Source: Lachnospiraceae bacterium UBA3692 (lineage in GTDB: Bacteria > Bacillota > Clostridia > Lachnospirales > Lachnospiraceae). From it: a stretch of DNA of 64,000 bases. Both the position numbers and the translations under genes were made by a program. Below are positions 30,342-42,274 of this stretch, one piece after another. The notes beneath the pieces are model-generated. The model did no database searches. It had not been told where the DNA came from and worked only from the letters and a program-made list of their open reading frames with translations. Numbering within the stretch: position 1 is the stretch's first letter; every line of letters starts with the position of its first letter. The DNA lies in NCBI GenBank assembly GCA_002372815.1, contig DFIR01000003.1, positions 9,837-73,836 on the forward strand. Direction: 5' to 3'.

Positions 30342-31267
30342 TCGATTGCTGTCTTCTGGGGACAGGCGGGATGATGCCCCTGCCCTATCGATACCTGACC
30401 GCGCTGATGGTGCGGTACAACGGCCGGCAGATCCTGGTGGACTGCGGCGAGGGGACCCAGGTCGCAATGAAGAAGAAAGGGTGGAGCGCCAAGCCCATCG
30501 ACGTGATCCTGTTCACCCATTTTCACGCGGATCACATCAGCGGGCTGCCGGGGCTCCTGCTCACCATGGGCAATGCCGAGCGTACGGAACCGCTCCTGTT
30601 GGTCGGCCCCAAGGGCCTGGAGCGGGTGGTCACTTCGCTGCGCGTGATCTGTCCGGAGCTGCCTTTTGAGCTGCAGTTCCGGGAACTCGGCGAGCAGGAG
30701 GAGGAATTCACGCTGCCCGGCGAGAAGGATCTGCGCATCCGCGCCTTCCGGGTCCGCCATTCGGTGACCTGCTACGGCTACAGCTTCCGTCTGGACAGGG
30801 CGGGACGCTTCCATCCGGAGAAGGCGGAGGCACTGGGGATCCCGAAGCCTTTCTGGGGACGCCTGCAGAAGGGCGAGACGATCGTCACGGAGAGCGGCAC
30901 GCTGACGCCCGACCTCGTCATGGGGCCGGCCCGGAAGGGGATCCACGTGACCTACTGCACCGACACGCGCCCCTGCGCGGTCATCACGGAGGAGGCCCGC
31001 GGTGCGGATCTCTTCATCTGCGAGGGCATGTACGGTGAGGATGAGAAGCTCGGGAAGGCCAAGGAGAACCGGCACATGACCTTCCGGGAGGCCGCACAGA
31101 TCGGCCGGGAGGCACAGCCGGCGCGCATGTGGCTCACCCACTACAGCCCGGCGCTCGTAAGGCCGGAGCCCTTCATGCCGATGGTCCGGGAGATCTTCCC
31201 GGTCTGCGAGGAGGGCAAGGACGGGAAGTCCATTACGCTTGGATTTGCTGAGGAGAATCAGGAATGA
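30338..31267 (+). CDS. rnz: Ribonuclease Z
   Basis: [40 protein letters not shown]. Confidence 0.95.
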   Translation: MIDCCLLGTGGMMPLPYRYLTALMVRYNGRQILVDCGEGTQVAMKKKGWSAKPIDVILFTHFHADHISGLPGLLLTMGNAERTEPLLLVGPKGLERVVTSLRVICPELPFELQFRELGEQEEEFTLPGEKDLRIRAFRVRHSVTCYGYSFRLDRAGRFHPEKAEALGIPKPFWGRLQKGETIVTESGTLTPDLVMGPARKGIHVTYCTDTRPCAVITEEARGADLFICEGMYGEDEKLGKAKENRHMTFREAAQIGREAQPARMWLTHYSPALVRPEPFMPMVREIFPVCEEGKDGKSITLGFAEENQE

Positions 31268-32289
31268 ATGGAACAGAGACCGCGATCCTGGCGATCGAAT
31301 CGAGCTGTGACGAGACGGCGGCGGCCGTCGTTGTGAACGGGCGCACCGTCCTTTCCAACGTGATCTCGTCCCAGATCGATATCCACACGCTCTACGGGGG
31401 CGTGGTGCCGGAGATCGCTTCGAGAAAACATGTGGAGCGCATCAACCAGGTGATCCGGCAGGCGCTGGCGGAAGCCGGCAGGACACTGCAGGACATCGAC
31501 GCCGTGGCCGTCACCTACGGCCCCGGGCTGGTGGGACCGCTCCTGATCGGCGTGTCGGCGGCCAAGGCGCTGAGCTTCGCCACCGGACTGCCGCTGATCG
31601 GCGTACACCACATCGAAGGACACATCTGCGCGAATTACATCGCCGCGCCGGAACTCGAGCCGCCCTTCGGCTGCCTGGTCGTCTCGGGCGGCCACACCCA
31701 CCTCGTCCTGGTGAAGGACTACGGCGAGTACGAGATCCTGGGGAAGACGCAGGATGACGCCGCCGGGGAAGCCTTCGACAAGGTCGCGAGGGAGATCGGC
31801 CTGGGCTATCCGGGCGGTCCCAAGATCGACCGCGTCTCCAAAGAGGGGGATCCGCAGGCCATCGTTTTCCCCAGGGGCAAGGTGGCGGGATCCGTCTATG
31901 ATTTCAGCTTCAGCGGCCTGAAGTCCTCCGTCCTGAACTACCTGAACAGCTGCCGGATGAAGGGGGAGGAGATCTCCGTGCCCGACGTGGCGGCTTCCTT
32001 CCAGCAGTCGGTGGTGGACGTCCTCGTCTCCCACGCCATGACGGCCGTCGAGGAGTTCGGGCTGACCAGACTGGCGCTGGCGGGCGGCGTCGCGTCCAAC
32101 TCGGCGCTGCGCGCCGCGATGCAGGAGGCCTGCAGTGAGAAGAACGTGCAGTTCTTCTGTCCGCCGCCCATCCTCTGCACCGACAACGCGGCGATGATCG
32201 GAAGCGCCGCCTACTACGAATTCATCCGCGGAAACGTGAGCGGACTGGACCTGAACGCCCGGCCCGCACTGCGGCTCGGCAGCCGCTGA
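31264..32289 (+). CDS. tsaD: tRNA N6-adenosine threonylcarbamoyltransferase
   Basis: [52 protein letters not shown]. Confidence 0.97.
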   Translation: MNGTETAILAIESSCDETAAAVVVNGRTVLSNVISSQIDIHTLYGGVVPEIASRKHVERINQVIRQALAEAGRTLQDIDAVAVTYGPGLVGPLLIGVSAAKALSFATGLPLIGVHHIEGHICANYIAAPELEPPFGCLVVSGGHTHLVLVKDYGEYEILGKTQDDAAGEAFDKVAREIGLGYPGGPKIDRVSKEGDPQAIVFPRGKVAGSVYDFSFSGLKSSVLNYLNSCRMKGEEISVPDVAASFQQSVVDVLVSHAMTAVEEFGLTRLALAGGVASNSALRAAMQEACSEKNVQFFCPPPILCTDNAAMIGSAAYYEFIRGNVSGLDLNARPALRLGSR

Positions 32290-32375
32290 CAGACGGGGAA
32301 CACGGCCCGGACGGACCCCCGGGACGACACAAGCCCCGGACGACACGCCCCGACGGACGAAGAGAGGAACGAGCG

Positions 32376-33107
32376 ATGTATGACAGACGATGCACCGCAC
32401 TGGTGCTGGCGGCCGGCAGCGGCCGCAGGATGGGCGCGGAAGTGCCCAAGCAGTACATGGATCTCGGAGGAGCGCCGCTCTTCACACACGCTTACCGGCG
32501 CATGGAGGCGTCCCCGGTGATCAGCGATATCGTGCTGGTCGTCCCGGACGGCGATGAAACCTGCGCCCGCGCCTGCCTCTCGGAGCAGGGACTCGGGGCG
32601 AAGCTCCGGGCGGTCACGGCCGGCGGGGCGGAGCGGTACGACAGCGTCGCCGGAGGTCTGGAAGCTGTGACGTGGCCCTGCGATATCGTCTTCATCCAGG
32701 ACGGCGCGAGACCGTTTCCGGAGGAGACTTTTCTCAGGGACCTGTACGACGCGGTCGCTGTGGAAGGCGCCGACGGCGCCGTGGCGGCGGTACCGGTCAA
32801 GGATACGATCAAGGTCAGCGACGCGGAGGGCTGTGCCGTCTCCACGCCGGACCGGCGCACACTGTGGCAGGTGCAGACGCCCCAGGTCTTCCCGTTCGGG
32901 ATGATCCGGGACGCCTACCGGCAGCTGCCGGCGCGCAGGAGCCCGGAGGGAACGATCGACGGCAGGCAGGTCACCGACGACGCGATGGTCGCCGAGGCTG
33001 TCTGCGGCGCCAGGATCCGCCTCGTCACGGCCTCCTACCGCAACCTGAAAGTGACGACGCCGGAGGACCTGCTGATCGCGGAGGCGTTTATACGGAGCGG
33101 CATCTGA
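32376..33107 (+). CDS. ispD: 2-C-methyl-D-erythritol 4-phosphate cytidylyltransferase
   Basis: LAAGSGRRMG..PKQY, GGAERYDSV, DGARP, VQTPQ, TDDA, NLKVTTPED. Confidence 0.93.
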   Translation: MYDRRCTALVLAAGSGRRMGAEVPKQYMDLGGAPLFTHAYRRMEASPVISDIVLVVPDGDETCARACLSEQGLGAKLRAVTAGGAERYDSVAGGLEAVTWPCDIVFIQDGARPFPEETFLRDLYDAVAVEGADGAVAAVPVKDTIKVSDAEGCAVSTPDRRTLWQVQTPQVFPFGMIRDAYRQLPARRSPEGTIDGRQVTDDAMVAEAVCGARIRLVTASYRNLKVTTPEDLLIAEAFIRSGI

Positions 33108-33155
33108 GGCGGCATCATAGACGGAATCTGAGGCTGAATATCCGGAGGGACCGGC

Positions 33156-36100
33156 ATGTCTTTTGTCCATCTGCATGTGCATACAGAATATTCTCTGCTG
33201 GACGGGTCCAACAAGATCTCCGAATACGTCCGGAGAGTGAAGGAACTCGGCATGAACGCCGCGGCGATCACCGACCACGGCGTGATGTACGGCGTCATCG
33301 ACTTCTACAAGGCCTGCCGGGCGGAGGGCATCAAGCCGCTGCTCGGCTGTGAGGTCTACGTCGCCCCGGGCTCCCGCTTCGACCGGGAGAAAAGCGCCGG
33401 GGACGACCGCTACTACCACCTGATCCTGCTCGCGGAGAACAACAAGGGTTACGAGAACCTCGTGAAGATCGTGAGCCGCTCGTTCACGGAAGGCTATTAC
33501 TACAAGCCCCGCGTGGACATGGATCTGCTCAGGGAATTCCACGAAGGGATCATCGCCTCCTCCGCCTGCCTGGCCGGCGAGGTGGCGCGCAGCCTCGTGC
33601 GCGGCAATGACGCGGAGGCGGAAGAGGCCGCCCTGCGCCTGCAGGAGATCTTCGGGGAGGGCAATTTCTTCCTGGAGCTGCAGGATCACGGGTACAAGGA
33701 CCAGCAGACGGTCAACGCCGGCCTCCTGCGGATGCACCGGAAGCTCGGCATCCCGCTGATCGCCACCAACGACGTCCACTACACCTACGCGCAGGACGCG
33801 GAGCCCCACGACATCCTCCTGTGCATCCAGACCGGCAAGAAGCTCTCCGACGAGGACCGCATGCGCTACGAGGGCGGCCAGTTCTACATCAAGAGCGAGG
33901 AGGAGATGCGCGCGCTCTTCCCCTACGCCGCGGAGGCGCTCGAAAACACGCAGAAGATCGCGGACCGCTGCAGCGTCGAGATCGAATTCGGCGTGACCAA
34001 GCTCCCGCATTTCGACGTGCCGGAGGGCTACGACTCCTGGACCTACCTGAACAAACTGTGTGAGGACGGCCTGCGCGAGCGCTACCCGGACGCCGGGGAT
34101 GACCTCCGGGAGCGGATGCGCTACGAACTGGACACGATCCGCAGGATGGGATACGTGGACTACTTCCTCATCGTGTGGGACTATATCAACTATTCGCGGG
34201 AGCACGGGATCATCGTCGGGCCGGGCAGAGGCAGCGCCGCCGGCAGCATCGTCTCGTACTGCCTGCACATCACCGATATCGACCCGATCCGCTACAGCCT
34301 GCTGTTCGAGCGCTTCCTGAACCCGGAGCGCGTGTCCATGCCCGATATCGACGTGGACTTCTGCTATGAGAGACGCGGAGAGGTCATCCAGTACGTCACG
34401 GACAAATACGGGGCGGACCGCGTCATGCAGATCGTGACCTTCGGTACGCTCGCCGCGAGAGGCGTGCTGCGCGACGTCGGCCGCGTGATGGACCTCCCCT
34501 ACGGCTTCGTGGACAGCATCGCCAAGATGGTGCCCAACGAGCTCGGCATCACGCTGGACAAGGCCCTGAGCATGAACCCGGACCTCAAGAAGGCGTACGA
34601 GGGAGATGAAAGAGTCAGGCGCCTCCTCGACATGTCCAGACGCCTGGAGGGCCTGCCCCGCCACACGTCCGTCCACGCCGCCGGCGTGGTCATCTGTTCG
34701 GAGCCCGCCGAGGACCTCGTGCCGCTGGCGCGGGCCCAGGACGGCAGCACGACCACCCAGTTCACGATGACGACGATCGAGGAGCTGGGACTGCTCAAGA
34801 TGGACTTCCTGGGACTCCGGACCCTCACGGTGCTGCAGAATGCCGCCCGCATGGCACAGGTCCGCCTGGAGGACATCCCTTACGACGATCCTGCCGTCTA
34901 CGCCTCCCTGTCGACCGGACACACGGACGGCGTGTTCCAGCTGGAAAGCGGCGGCATGCAGAACTTCATGAAGGAGCTGCGCCCGCAGAACCTGGAGGAC
35001 GTGATCGCCGGCATCTCGCTCTACCGCCCCGGGCCGATGGACTTCATCCCCCGGTATATCCAGGGCAAGAACCACCCCGAATCCATCACCTACGCCTGCC
35101 CGGAGCTCATCCCGATCCTGGAGCCCACCTACGGCTGCATCGTCTACCAGGAGCAGGTCATGCAGATCGTCCGCGACCTCGGCGGCTACACACTGGGCCG
35201 CAGCGACCTCGTGCGCCGCGCGATGAGCAAGAAGAAGCAGAAGGTCATGGAGGAGGAGCGCCGCAACTTCATCTACGGCAATCCGGAAGAGGGCGTCCCC
35301 GGCTGCGTCGCGCGCGGTATCAGCGCGGAGGTGGCCAGCGGGATCTACGACACGATGATGGACTTCGCCAAGTACGCCTTCAACAAGTCCCACGCCGCCT
35401 GCTACGCGGTGGTCGCCTACCAGACGGCCTGGCTGAAATACTACTATCCGAAGGAGTTCATGGCGGCACTGATGACGTCCGTGATCGACTTCTCCACCAA
35501 GGTCGCCGGCTATATCCTGACCTGCCGGAGCATGGGCATCCGGCTCCTTCCGCCGGACATCAACGAGGGCGAGGCGGGCTTCTCCGTGTCCGGGGACGCG
35601 ATCCGCTACGGCCTGACGGCGATCAAAGGGATCGGGCGCCCCGTCATCGACGCCATCCTGCAGGAGCGCCGCGGGCGCGGGCCCTTCAAGGACCTCCGCG
35701 ACTTCCTCAGCCGTATGACCGGCAGCGGGAGGGACCTGAACCGCCGCGCGATCGAGAACTTCATCAAAGCCGGCGCCCTGGACTGCCTGGGCGGCAACCG
35801 CCGGCAGCTTATGACCGCCTACGAGCGGATCCTGGACGAACTGCAGGCCTCCAAGAAGAACGAGATGGCCGGGCAGATGAGCCTGTTCGAACTGGTCCCG
35901 GAGGAGGAGCGGTCCACCTTCTACGTGCAGCTCCCCCAGGTCAGCGAATACACACGGGAGCAGAAGCTGGCCTTTGAGAAGGAGGTCCTCGGCATCTATG
36001 TCAGCGGCCACCCGCTGGAGGAGTACGAGGGACTCTGGAAACGCCACGTGTCCCACCGCGCTTCGGACCTGCTGATCGACGAGGAGACAGGCGCCGTGCG

Positions 36101-36593
36101 CGCCCCGGACGGCGAGCGCGCGACCATCGGCGGCATGATCACGGAGAAGAAGATCAAGTACACCAAGAACAACAAGATCATGGCCTTCCTCACCCTCGAG
36201 GACCTGACCGGGAGCGTGGAGGTCATCGTCTTCCCGAAGACCTACGAGGAGTACGCGGAGGACCTGGAGGAGGACGCCAAGGTCTTCCTGACAGGGCGGA
36301 TCTCCGTGGAGGAGGAGCGCGACGGCAAGCTGATCTGCGAGAAAGTCGTCCGCTTCGCCGACGTCCCGCGGACACTGTGGGTCCGGTTCCCGGATCCGGA
36401 GGCTTATAAAGCCGGGTCAAAGCAGCTGTACCAGGCCATCGAGGAGAACGGCGGCAGGGACAAGGTCGTGATCTACATCGAGAAGCCGCGCCTGCGCAAG
36501 CAGCTGCCGCCGGGCCAGGGCGTCCGCGCGGACAGGCCCCTTCTCGACACGCTGACCGCCTTGTTCGGGGAGAAGAACGTTGTCCTGAACTGA
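33156..36593 (+). CDS. dnaE: DNA polymerase III subunit alpha
   Basis: PHP HLHVHTEYSLLDG, GPGRGSAAGS, MPDIDVDF, KMDFLGL, YAFNKSH. Confidence 0.98.
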   Translation: MSFVHLHVHTEYSLLDGSNKISEYVRRVKELGMNAAAITDHGVMYGVIDFYKACRAEGIKPLLGCEVYVAPGSRFDREKSAGDDRYYHLILLAENNKGYENLVKIVSRSFTEGYYYKPRVDMDLLREFHEGIIASSACLAGEVARSLVRGNDAEAEEAALRLQEIFGEGNFFLELQDHGYKDQQTVNAGLLRMHRKLGIPLIATNDVHYTYAQDAEPHDILLCIQTGKKLSDEDRMRYEGGQFYIKSEEEMRALFPYAAEALENTQKIADRCSVEIEFGVTKLPHFDVPEGYDSWTYLNKLCEDGLRERYPDAGDDLRERMRYELDTIRRMGYVDYFLIVWDYINYSREHGIIVGPGRGSAAGSIVSYCLHITDIDPIRYSLLFERFLNPERVSMPDIDVDFCYERRGEVIQYVTDKYGADRVMQIVTFGTLAARGVLRDVGRVMDLPYGFVDSIAKMVPNELGITLDKALSMNPDLKKAYEGDERVRRLLDMSRRLEGLPRHTSVHAAGVVICSEPAEDLVPLARAQDGSTTTQFTMTTIEELGLLKMDFLGLRTLTVLQNAARMAQVRLEDIPYDDPAVYASLSTGHTDGVFQLESGGMQNFMKELRPQNLEDVIAGISLYRPGPMDFIPRYIQGKNHPESITYACPELIPILEPTYGCIVYQEQVMQIVRDLGGYTLGRSDLVRRAMSKKKQKVMEEERRNFIYGNPEEGVPGCVARGISAEVASGIYDTMMDFAKYAFNKSHAACYAVVAYQTAWLKYYYPKEFMAALMTSVIDFSTKVAGYILTCRSMGIRLLPPDINEGEAGFSVSGDAIRYGLTAIKGIGRPVIDAILQERRGRGPFKDLRDFLSRMTGSGRDLNRRAIENFIKAGALDCLGGNRRQLMTAYERILDELQASKKNEMAGQMSLFELVPEEERSTFYVQLPQVSEYTREQKLAFEKEVLGIYVSGHPLEEYEGLWKRHVSHRASDLLIDEETGAVRAPDGERATIGGMITEKKIKYTKNNKIMAFLTLEDLTGSVEVIVFPKTYEEYAEDLEEDAKVFLTGRISVEEERDGKLICEKVVRFADVPRTLWVRFPDPEAYKAGSKQLYQAIEENGGRDKVVIYIEKPRLRKQLPPGQGVRADRPLLDTLTALFGEKNVVLN

Positions 36594-36709
36594 GGGCGGC
36601 GCCGGGCATCCTCCATTGCAATCGGGTCATCTTTGTAATAAAATATCGGTAATACATCCGGTTATGCTTGCAGACGGTACGTTCTATCCAGTACAGGCGG
36701 GAGGCAGAT

Positions 36710-37678
36710 ATGAGCAGCGAAATCAGGACCATCGGTGTTCTTACGAGCGGCGGAGATGCGCCGGGAATGAATGCGGCGATCCGCGCGGTCGCACGGGAAG
36801 CCATGTACCATAAAGTCAAGGTCAAGGGTATCAAAAGAGGATACCGGGGACTCCTGAACGAGGAGATCTTCGACATGCGCTCCGTGGATGTGTCCAACAT
36901 CATCCAGAGAGGCGGCACGGTCCTCGGCACGGCCCGCTGTACGGAGTTCAAGGAGGAAGAGGTCCAGCAGAAGGCGGCGGAAATCTGCCGCAAGCACGGG
37001 ATCGACGGAATCGTCGTCATCGGCGGCGACGGGTCCTACAGAGGCGCGCAGGCGCTGGCCCGCCACGGCATCAACACGATCGGCCTCCCCGGCACGATCG
37101 ACCTGGACATCGCCTGCACCGATTACACGATCGGATTTGACACGGCCATCAACACGGCCATGGACGCGATCGACAAGGTCAAGGACACCTCCTCGTCCCA
37201 CGAGCGCTGCAGCATCATCGAGGTCATGGGACGCCACGCCGGCTACATCGCCCTCTGGTGCGGCATCGCGAACGGCGCCGAAGACATCCTGCTTCCGGAG
37301 AAGTACGACTACGACGAGCAGAAGATCGTGGACCACATGGTCCTGAACAGACGCCTCGGCAAGAAGCACCACTTGATCATCAATGCCGAAGGCATCGGCC
37401 ACTCCACCTCCATGGCGCGCAGGATCGAGGCCGCCACGGGCATCGAGACCAGGGCGACGATCCTCGGATACATGCAGCGCGGCGGATCGCCGACCTGCAC
37501 AGACCGCTACTACGCCTCGATCATGGGCGCGTACGCGGCGGACATCCTCGTCGCGGGCAAGAGCAACCGCGTCATCTGCTACAAGGACGGCAAGTTCGTG
37601 GACTACGACATCGAAGAGGCCCTGTCCATGACGAAATCCATTCCGGAGTACGTGTACAACGTGAGCCAGAGGATCTGA
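36710..37678 (+). CDS. pfkA: ATP-dependent 6-phosphofructokinase
   Basis: TSGGDAPGMNAAIR, IGGDGS, PGTID, EVMGR, LGYMQRGG. Confidence 0.97.
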   Translation: MSSEIRTIGVLTSGGDAPGMNAAIRAVAREAMYHKVKVKGIKRGYRGLLNEEIFDMRSVDVSNIIQRGGTVLGTARCTEFKEEEVQQKAAEICRKHGIDGIVVIGGDGSYRGAQALARHGINTIGLPGTIDLDIACTDYTIGFDTAINTAMDAIDKVKDTSSSHERCSIIEVMGRHAGYIALWCGIANGAEDILLPEKYDYDEQKIVDHMVLNRRLGKKHHLIINAEGIGHSTSMARRIEAATGIETRATILGYMQRGGSPTCTDRYYASIMGAYAADILVAGKSNRVICYKDGKFVDYDIEEALSMTKSIPEYVYNVSQRI

Positions 37679-37768
37679 GCGGGGCACAGGAAAGAGTTGG
37701 ACAGCACAGAGGGGACTGACGCATGGCGTTCAGTCCCCGTTTCGATATAGGACCGGGAGAGAAGGCAC

Positions 37769-38605
37769 ATGGAACTTCAGAAGCTGACACCGATCACTTC
37801 GGCGGCCAATGCGCGCATCCGGCACCTGAAGGTGCTCCAGACGAAGGCGCGGGCCAGGAGGGAGGAGCAGGTCTTCATCATCGAGGGAAGCCGCATATTC
37901 CGGGATGCGCCGGAGGAGGTCCTCCGGGAGATCTATCTGACCCGGGCGTTTCTCGACAGGGCAGGGGAGGCAGAGCTCCGCAGAGCGGAGGCCTTCGCGG
38001 CGGCCGGACAGGCCTTCCTGCTTCCCGATACACTCATGGAGAAGGTCTCGGAGACGGAGACGCCCCAGGGCATCCTCTGCGTCGCCGCCATGCCGGAGCA
38101 GGCGGAGAATATCTCTATGGCGGATACAGAGGGGCGGGCGCCGCTTCTCCTGCTTCTGGAGGACCTGCAGGACCCGGGCAACCTGGGGACGATCTTCCGC
38201 ACGGCGGAGGCGGCAGGAGCGACCTGCATCTGCATGAGCAGCGGCTGCGCGGATGTCTTCAGCCCCAAGACCGTGCGCGCTACCATGAGCAGCATCTTCC
38301 GGGTCCCCTTCCGGATCACGGCGGACCTGCCGGCGCTCACGGCATCCCTCAGGGAGCAGGGGATCCTGACCTGCGCCGCGCACCTGGAGGGCAGCTGCGT
38401 ATACGACCGGCCGTGCTACACGGGCGGGACGGCCTTCCTGATCGGCAATGAGGGGAGAGGCCTCTCCGACGCGGCCGCGGCAGCGGCGGCGGAGCGGGTG
38501 CGGATCCCCATGCAGGGGAGCATCGAATCCCTCAACGCGGCGATGGCCGCCGGGATCCTGCTGTACGAGGCCGCCAGACAGCGGCGGTGCGCGGACGGCG
38601 TGTGA
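37769..38605 (+). CDS. TrmH/SpoU-family RNA methyltransferase
   Basis: TPQGI, LQDPGNLGTIFRTA, IGNEGRGL, IPMQGSIESLNAA. Confidence 0.93.
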   Translation: MELQKLTPITSAANARIRHLKVLQTKARARREEQVFIIEGSRIFRDAPEEVLREIYLTRAFLDRAGEAELRRAEAFAAAGQAFLLPDTLMEKVSETETPQGILCVAAMPEQAENISMADTEGRAPLLLLLEDLQDPGNLGTIFRTAEAAGATCICMSSGCADVFSPKTVRATMSSIFRVPFRITADLPALTASLREQGILTCAAHLEGSCVYDRPCYTGGTAFLIGNEGRGLSDAAAAAAAERVRIPMQGSIESLNAAMAAGILLYEAARQRRCADGV

Positions 38606-38726
38606 GGACGTCCCCAAAGGCCCACGGAGGGCCCGGCGCCTGAAAAGGATTGAGAATGGAACCGAAATATGCTATAAATGACTTGATATGCGGAAGGCAC
38701 GCATGCAGAGAGGAGGTGCTGCCGCA

Positions 38727-39185
38727 ATGAATATGATGTATGTGTGGATCGTGCTGATCATCGCGCTCATCGTGATCGAGGCGATGACGATGGGTCTGAC
38801 GACCATCTGGTTCGCAGGAGGCTGCGTCGCGGCACTGCTGATCTGCCTCATCGGGCTGCCCGTCTGGGTACAGATCGGTGTTTTCGCCGGCGTATCGGTG
38901 CTGCTGCTGTTCCTGACGAGGCCGCTGGCCCAGAGGTTCATCGAGTCCGGGAAGGTCAGGACCAATGCCGACAGCCTGATCGGCCGGGAGGCCGTGATCA
39001 CCGAGAGGGTGGACAACCTGCAGGGCACCGGCAGGGCTGCCGTCAACGGGCAGGACTGGACGGCCAGAAGCGTCATCACGGAACAGACGATCGAAGTTGG
39101 GGAAGTGGTCATGATCCGCGCCATCGAGGGCGTCAAGCTCATCGTGGGGAAGCGCAAGGGGCTTTCCGGCGCAGAACAGAACTGA
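38727..39185 (+). CDS. NfeD-family membrane protein
   Basis: IEAMTMGLTTIWF, TNADSLIG, NGQDWTARS, IEGVKLIV; precedes SPFH gene. Confidence 0.9.
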   Translation: MNMMYVWIVLIIALIVIEAMTMGLTTIWFAGGCVAALLICLIGLPVWVQIGVFAGVSVLLLFLTRPLAQRFIESGKVRTNADSLIGREAVITERVDNLQGTGRAAVNGQDWTARSVITEQTIEVGEVVMIRAIEGVKLIVGKRKGLSGAEQN

Positions 39186-39228
39186 AGGGATCCAAGGCCG
39201 GCAGTGAATCAACGACAGGAGGTATGAT

Positions 39229-40170
39229 ATGTTTGGTATTGCATTTCTGATCATCTTTATTGCGATTCTGGTGTATTTCGCTTTTTCCTGCATCCGGATC
39301 GTCCCGCAGGCGCATGCGTTCGTCATCGAGCGCCTCGGCGCTTACAGCGCGACGTGGAACGTCGGACTGCATTTCAAGCTGCCTTTTATTGAGCGCGTGG
39401 CGCGGAAAGTCAACCTGAAGGAACAGGTCGTCGACTTCCCGCCGCAGCCCGTGATCACCAAGGATAACGTCACGATGCAGATCGACTCCATCGTCTTCTT
39501 CCAGATCACGGATGCCAAGCTGTTCGCCTACGGCGTGGAGAACCCGATCATGGCCATCGAGAACCTGACGGCCACCACGCTCCGGAACATCATCGGTGAG
39601 ATGGAACTGGACGAGACCCTCACTTCCCGTGAGATCATCAACACCAAGATGCGCACATCCCTGGACATCGCCACGGATCCCTGGGGCATCAAGGTCACCC
39701 GTGTCGAGCTGAAGAACATCACGCCTCCTTCCGCCATCCGCGAAGCGATGGAGAAGCAGATGAAGGCCGAGCGTGAGAGACGTGAATCCATCCTGAAGGC
39801 CGAAGGTGAGAAGAAGTCCGCCGTTCTGGTCGCGGAAGGCCGCAAGGAATCCATGATCCTGCAGGCGGAGGCCGACAAGCAGTCCACCATCCTCGCTGCG
39901 GAAGCGGAGAAGGAGAAGATGCTGCGCGAAGCCGAAGGCCAGGCGGAGGCGATCCGCCGCGTCCAGCAGGCGAATGCAGACGGTATCCGCATGATCCGCG
40001 AAGCGGGAGCGGACCAGTCCGTGCTGACCATCAAGAGCCTCGAAGCGCTCGCCAAGATGGCCGACGGCAAGTCCACCAAGCTCATCATCCCTTCGGATCT
40101 CCAGGGCATCGCAGGACTGGCAGCGGCGATCAGGAGCGTCGCCACACAGGATGAAGGAGAGGCAAAATGA
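39229..40170 (+). CDS. SPFH/band 7 (stomatin-like) protein
   Basis: [40 protein letters not shown]. Confidence 0.95.
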   Translation: MFGIAFLIIFIAILVYFAFSCIRIVPQAHAFVIERLGAYSATWNVGLHFKLPFIERVARKVNLKEQVVDFPPQPVITKDNVTMQIDSIVFFQITDAKLFAYGVENPIMAIENLTATTLRNIIGEMELDETLTSREIINTKMRTSLDIATDPWGIKVTRVELKNITPPSAIREAMEKQMKAERERRESILKAEGEKKSAVLVAEGRKESMILQAEADKQSTILAAEAEKEKMLREAEGQAEAIRRVQQANADGIRMIREAGADQSVLTIKSLEALAKMADGKSTKLIIPSDLQGIAGLAAAIRSVATQDEGEAK

Positions 40171-41180
40171 GCAGTACAGACCTCCGCGGGAGAGATTTTC
40201 TGAAACTCCTGGATTTCACGACGGAGGAGATCCTCTATCTCGTAGATCTCGCCGCTTCACTGAAAGCAGCCAAGAAGGCCGGTGTCCCACACAGATACTG
40301 TGAAGGGAAGAACATCGCGCTGATCTTCGAGAAGACAAGCACCCGGACCCGCTGCGCGTTCGAAGTCGCGGCGCATGATCTCGGGATGCAGGCGACCTAC
40401 CTGGACCCCAATGCCTCCCAGATCGGGAAGAAAGAGAGCATCGCCGACACCGCCCGCGTGCTGGCCGGCATGTTCGACGGTATCGAGTACCGCGGCTACG
40501 GGCAGGAGATCGTGGAGGAACTGGCACAGTATTCCAAAGTGCCCGTATGGAACGGACTCACCAATGAGTTCCACCCGACCCAGATGCTTGCGGACCTCCT
40601 CACGATCCGCGAGCACTTCGGAAAGATCGCCGGCGTCCGCCTGAGCTATTACGGCGACGCGCGCTACAACACGGCGGATTCCCTGATGGTCATGGGCGCC
40701 AAGACCGGGATGCACATCACCCTCTGCGCGCCGGCGGACTACATGCCGGATCCGGCGCTGGTCGAACAGTGCAGAGAGATCGCGGCGCAGACCGGCGGCA
40801 GCATCACACTGACCACGGATCCGATGGAAGGTGCCCGCGGCGCCGATGTCCTCTACACGGACGTCTGGGTGTCCATGGGCGAGCCGATGCAGGCGTGGGC
40901 GGAGCGCATCGAGGAGATGCGGCCCTATCAGGTCTGCAGCGCATTCATGGAAGCGGCGGCGGAGAACGCGATCTTCATGCACTGCCTGCCGGCTTTCCAC
41001 GACCAGGGGACCGGGATCGGCAGGGAGATCTTCGAGAAGTTCGGACTGGCGGAACTGGAAGTGACCGACGAGGTCTTCGAGAGCGAGGCCAGCGTGGTCT
41101 TCCAGGAGGCCGAGAACCGCATGCACACCATCAAGGCGGTCATGGCGGCGACCCTCAGCGCGGAGCCGATCGAGGTCTGA
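40167..41180 (+). CDS. argF: Ornithine carbamoyltransferase
   Basis: [40 protein letters not shown]. Confidence 0.96.
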   Translation: MSSTDLRGRDFLKLLDFTTEEILYLVDLAASLKAAKKAGVPHRYCEGKNIALIFEKTSTRTRCAFEVAAHDLGMQATYLDPNASQIGKKESIADTARVLAGMFDGIEYRGYGQEIVEELAQYSKVPVWNGLTNEFHPTQMLADLLTIREHFGKIAGVRLSYYGDARYNTADSLMVMGAKTGMHITLCAPADYMPDPALVEQCREIAAQTGGSITLTTDPMEGARGADVLYTDVWVSMGEPMQAWAERIEEMRPYQVCSAFMEAAAENAIFMHCLPAFHDQGTGIGREIFEKFGLAELEVTDEVFESEASVVFQEAENRMHTIKAVMAATLSAEPIEV

Positions 41181-41224
41181 AGACCTGCGGCTGAAACCTT
41201 ATATGCAGAGGTCCATTTGCGAAT

Positions 41225-42274
41225 ATGAATACTAAAGAGAGCATCCTTCGCCGCCTGCGGGCGGCGGAGGACTATCTTTCCGGGCAGCAGATCAGCCGGG
41301 AGCTGGGCATCTCCAGGGCGGCGGTCTGGAAGAGCATCGGAAAGCTGAAAGAAGAAGGATACCCGATCGAGGCGGTGACCAACAAGGGCTACCGCCTCCT
41401 TTCTATGGACACGGAGGACACCGACCTGTTCAACGGCGCGGAGATCACCGCGCATATGCACACGTCCTGGGCCGGCCATCCGTTATATTTTGCCGCTCAG
41501 ACAGGATCGACCAACGAGGACATCCTGCGCCTGTCCGGAGAGGGGAGCCCCCAGGGAACGGTCGCTGTGACCGCGGTGCAGACCGCAGGCAAGGGCCGCA
41601 GGGGCAGGACCTGGATCTCGCCGGACGGCAACATCTACATGAGCATCCTGCTGAAGCCGCATCTTCCGGCACCCAAAGCCCCGATGCTGACGCTGGTCAT
41701 GGCCCTTTCGGTCCTGGAAGCTGTCCGCGGACTCAGCTCCCTTGGGGACAGCTATGCTGCTGCATCCTCCGCGGCGATCAAGTGGCCCAACGACATCGTC
41801 ATGCCGGGGCCCGACGGACAGTATCGCAAGATCTGCGGGATCCTCACGGAGATGCGCATGGAGGAGACGGAGATCCGCGACATCGTGATCGGGATCGGCA
41901 TCAACGTGAACCAGACGGAGTTCCCGGAGGAGATCCGCGAGACGGCCTCTTCCCTCCGCTGCCTGCTGGGACGGACCGTGAACCGCTCCCTGCTCACCGC
42001 CCGGGTCTGGGAGCGCTTCGAGGACAACTGCAACCGCTTCCTGGAAGCGGAGAGCTTCACACCCCTGAAGGAGCGCTATGAGGACGCCCTCGTCAATCGC
42101 GGGCGCGAAGTGCGCGTGCTGGACCCGAGAGGCCCCTACACAGGGACGGCGCTCGGGATCAATGAGGACGGCGCGCTGCTGGTTAGGCTCCACGGCGGCG
42201 AAGCAGAGGAAGGTACCGTCCGCGCGATCGACAGCGGCGAGGTCTCCGTGCGCGGAACCGGAGGATATGTATGA
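41225..42274 (+). CDS. birA: Bifunctional biotin operon repressor/biotin ligase
   Basis: N-terminal HTH SRAAVWK; QTAGKGRRGRTW; IKWPND; KICGILTE. Confidence 0.95.
   Translation: MNTKESILRRLRAAEDYLSGQQISRELGISRAAVWKSIGKLKEEGYPIEAVTNKGYRLLSMDTEDTDLFNGAEITAHMHTSWAGHPLYFAAQTGSTNEDILRLSGEGSPQGTVAVTAVQTAGKGRRGRTWISPDGNIYMSILLKPHLPAPKAPMLTLVMALSVLEAVRGLSSLGDSYAAASSAAIKWPNDIVMPGPDGQYRKICGILTEMRMEETEIRDIVIGIGINVNQTEFPEEIRETASSLRCLLGRTVNRSLLTARVWERFEDNCNRFLEAESFTPLKERYEDALVNRGREVRVLDPRGPYTGTALGINEDGALLVRLHGGEAEEGTVRAIDSGEVSVRGTGGYV

Noticed and set aside
32300-32360. Short ccggacgacac repeats between tsaD and ispD
   Set aside because: Low-complexity GC-rich slippage with only 2-3 short copies and no further structure
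32214-36056. 1280-aa minus-strand ORF and similar long antisense ORFs (e.g. 4830-7295, 7359-9302, 10108-11577, 44510-45910, 50965-52836)
   Set aside because: Shadow ORFs opposite well-recognised genes, expected from GC-rich codon bias; they carry no recognisable motifs
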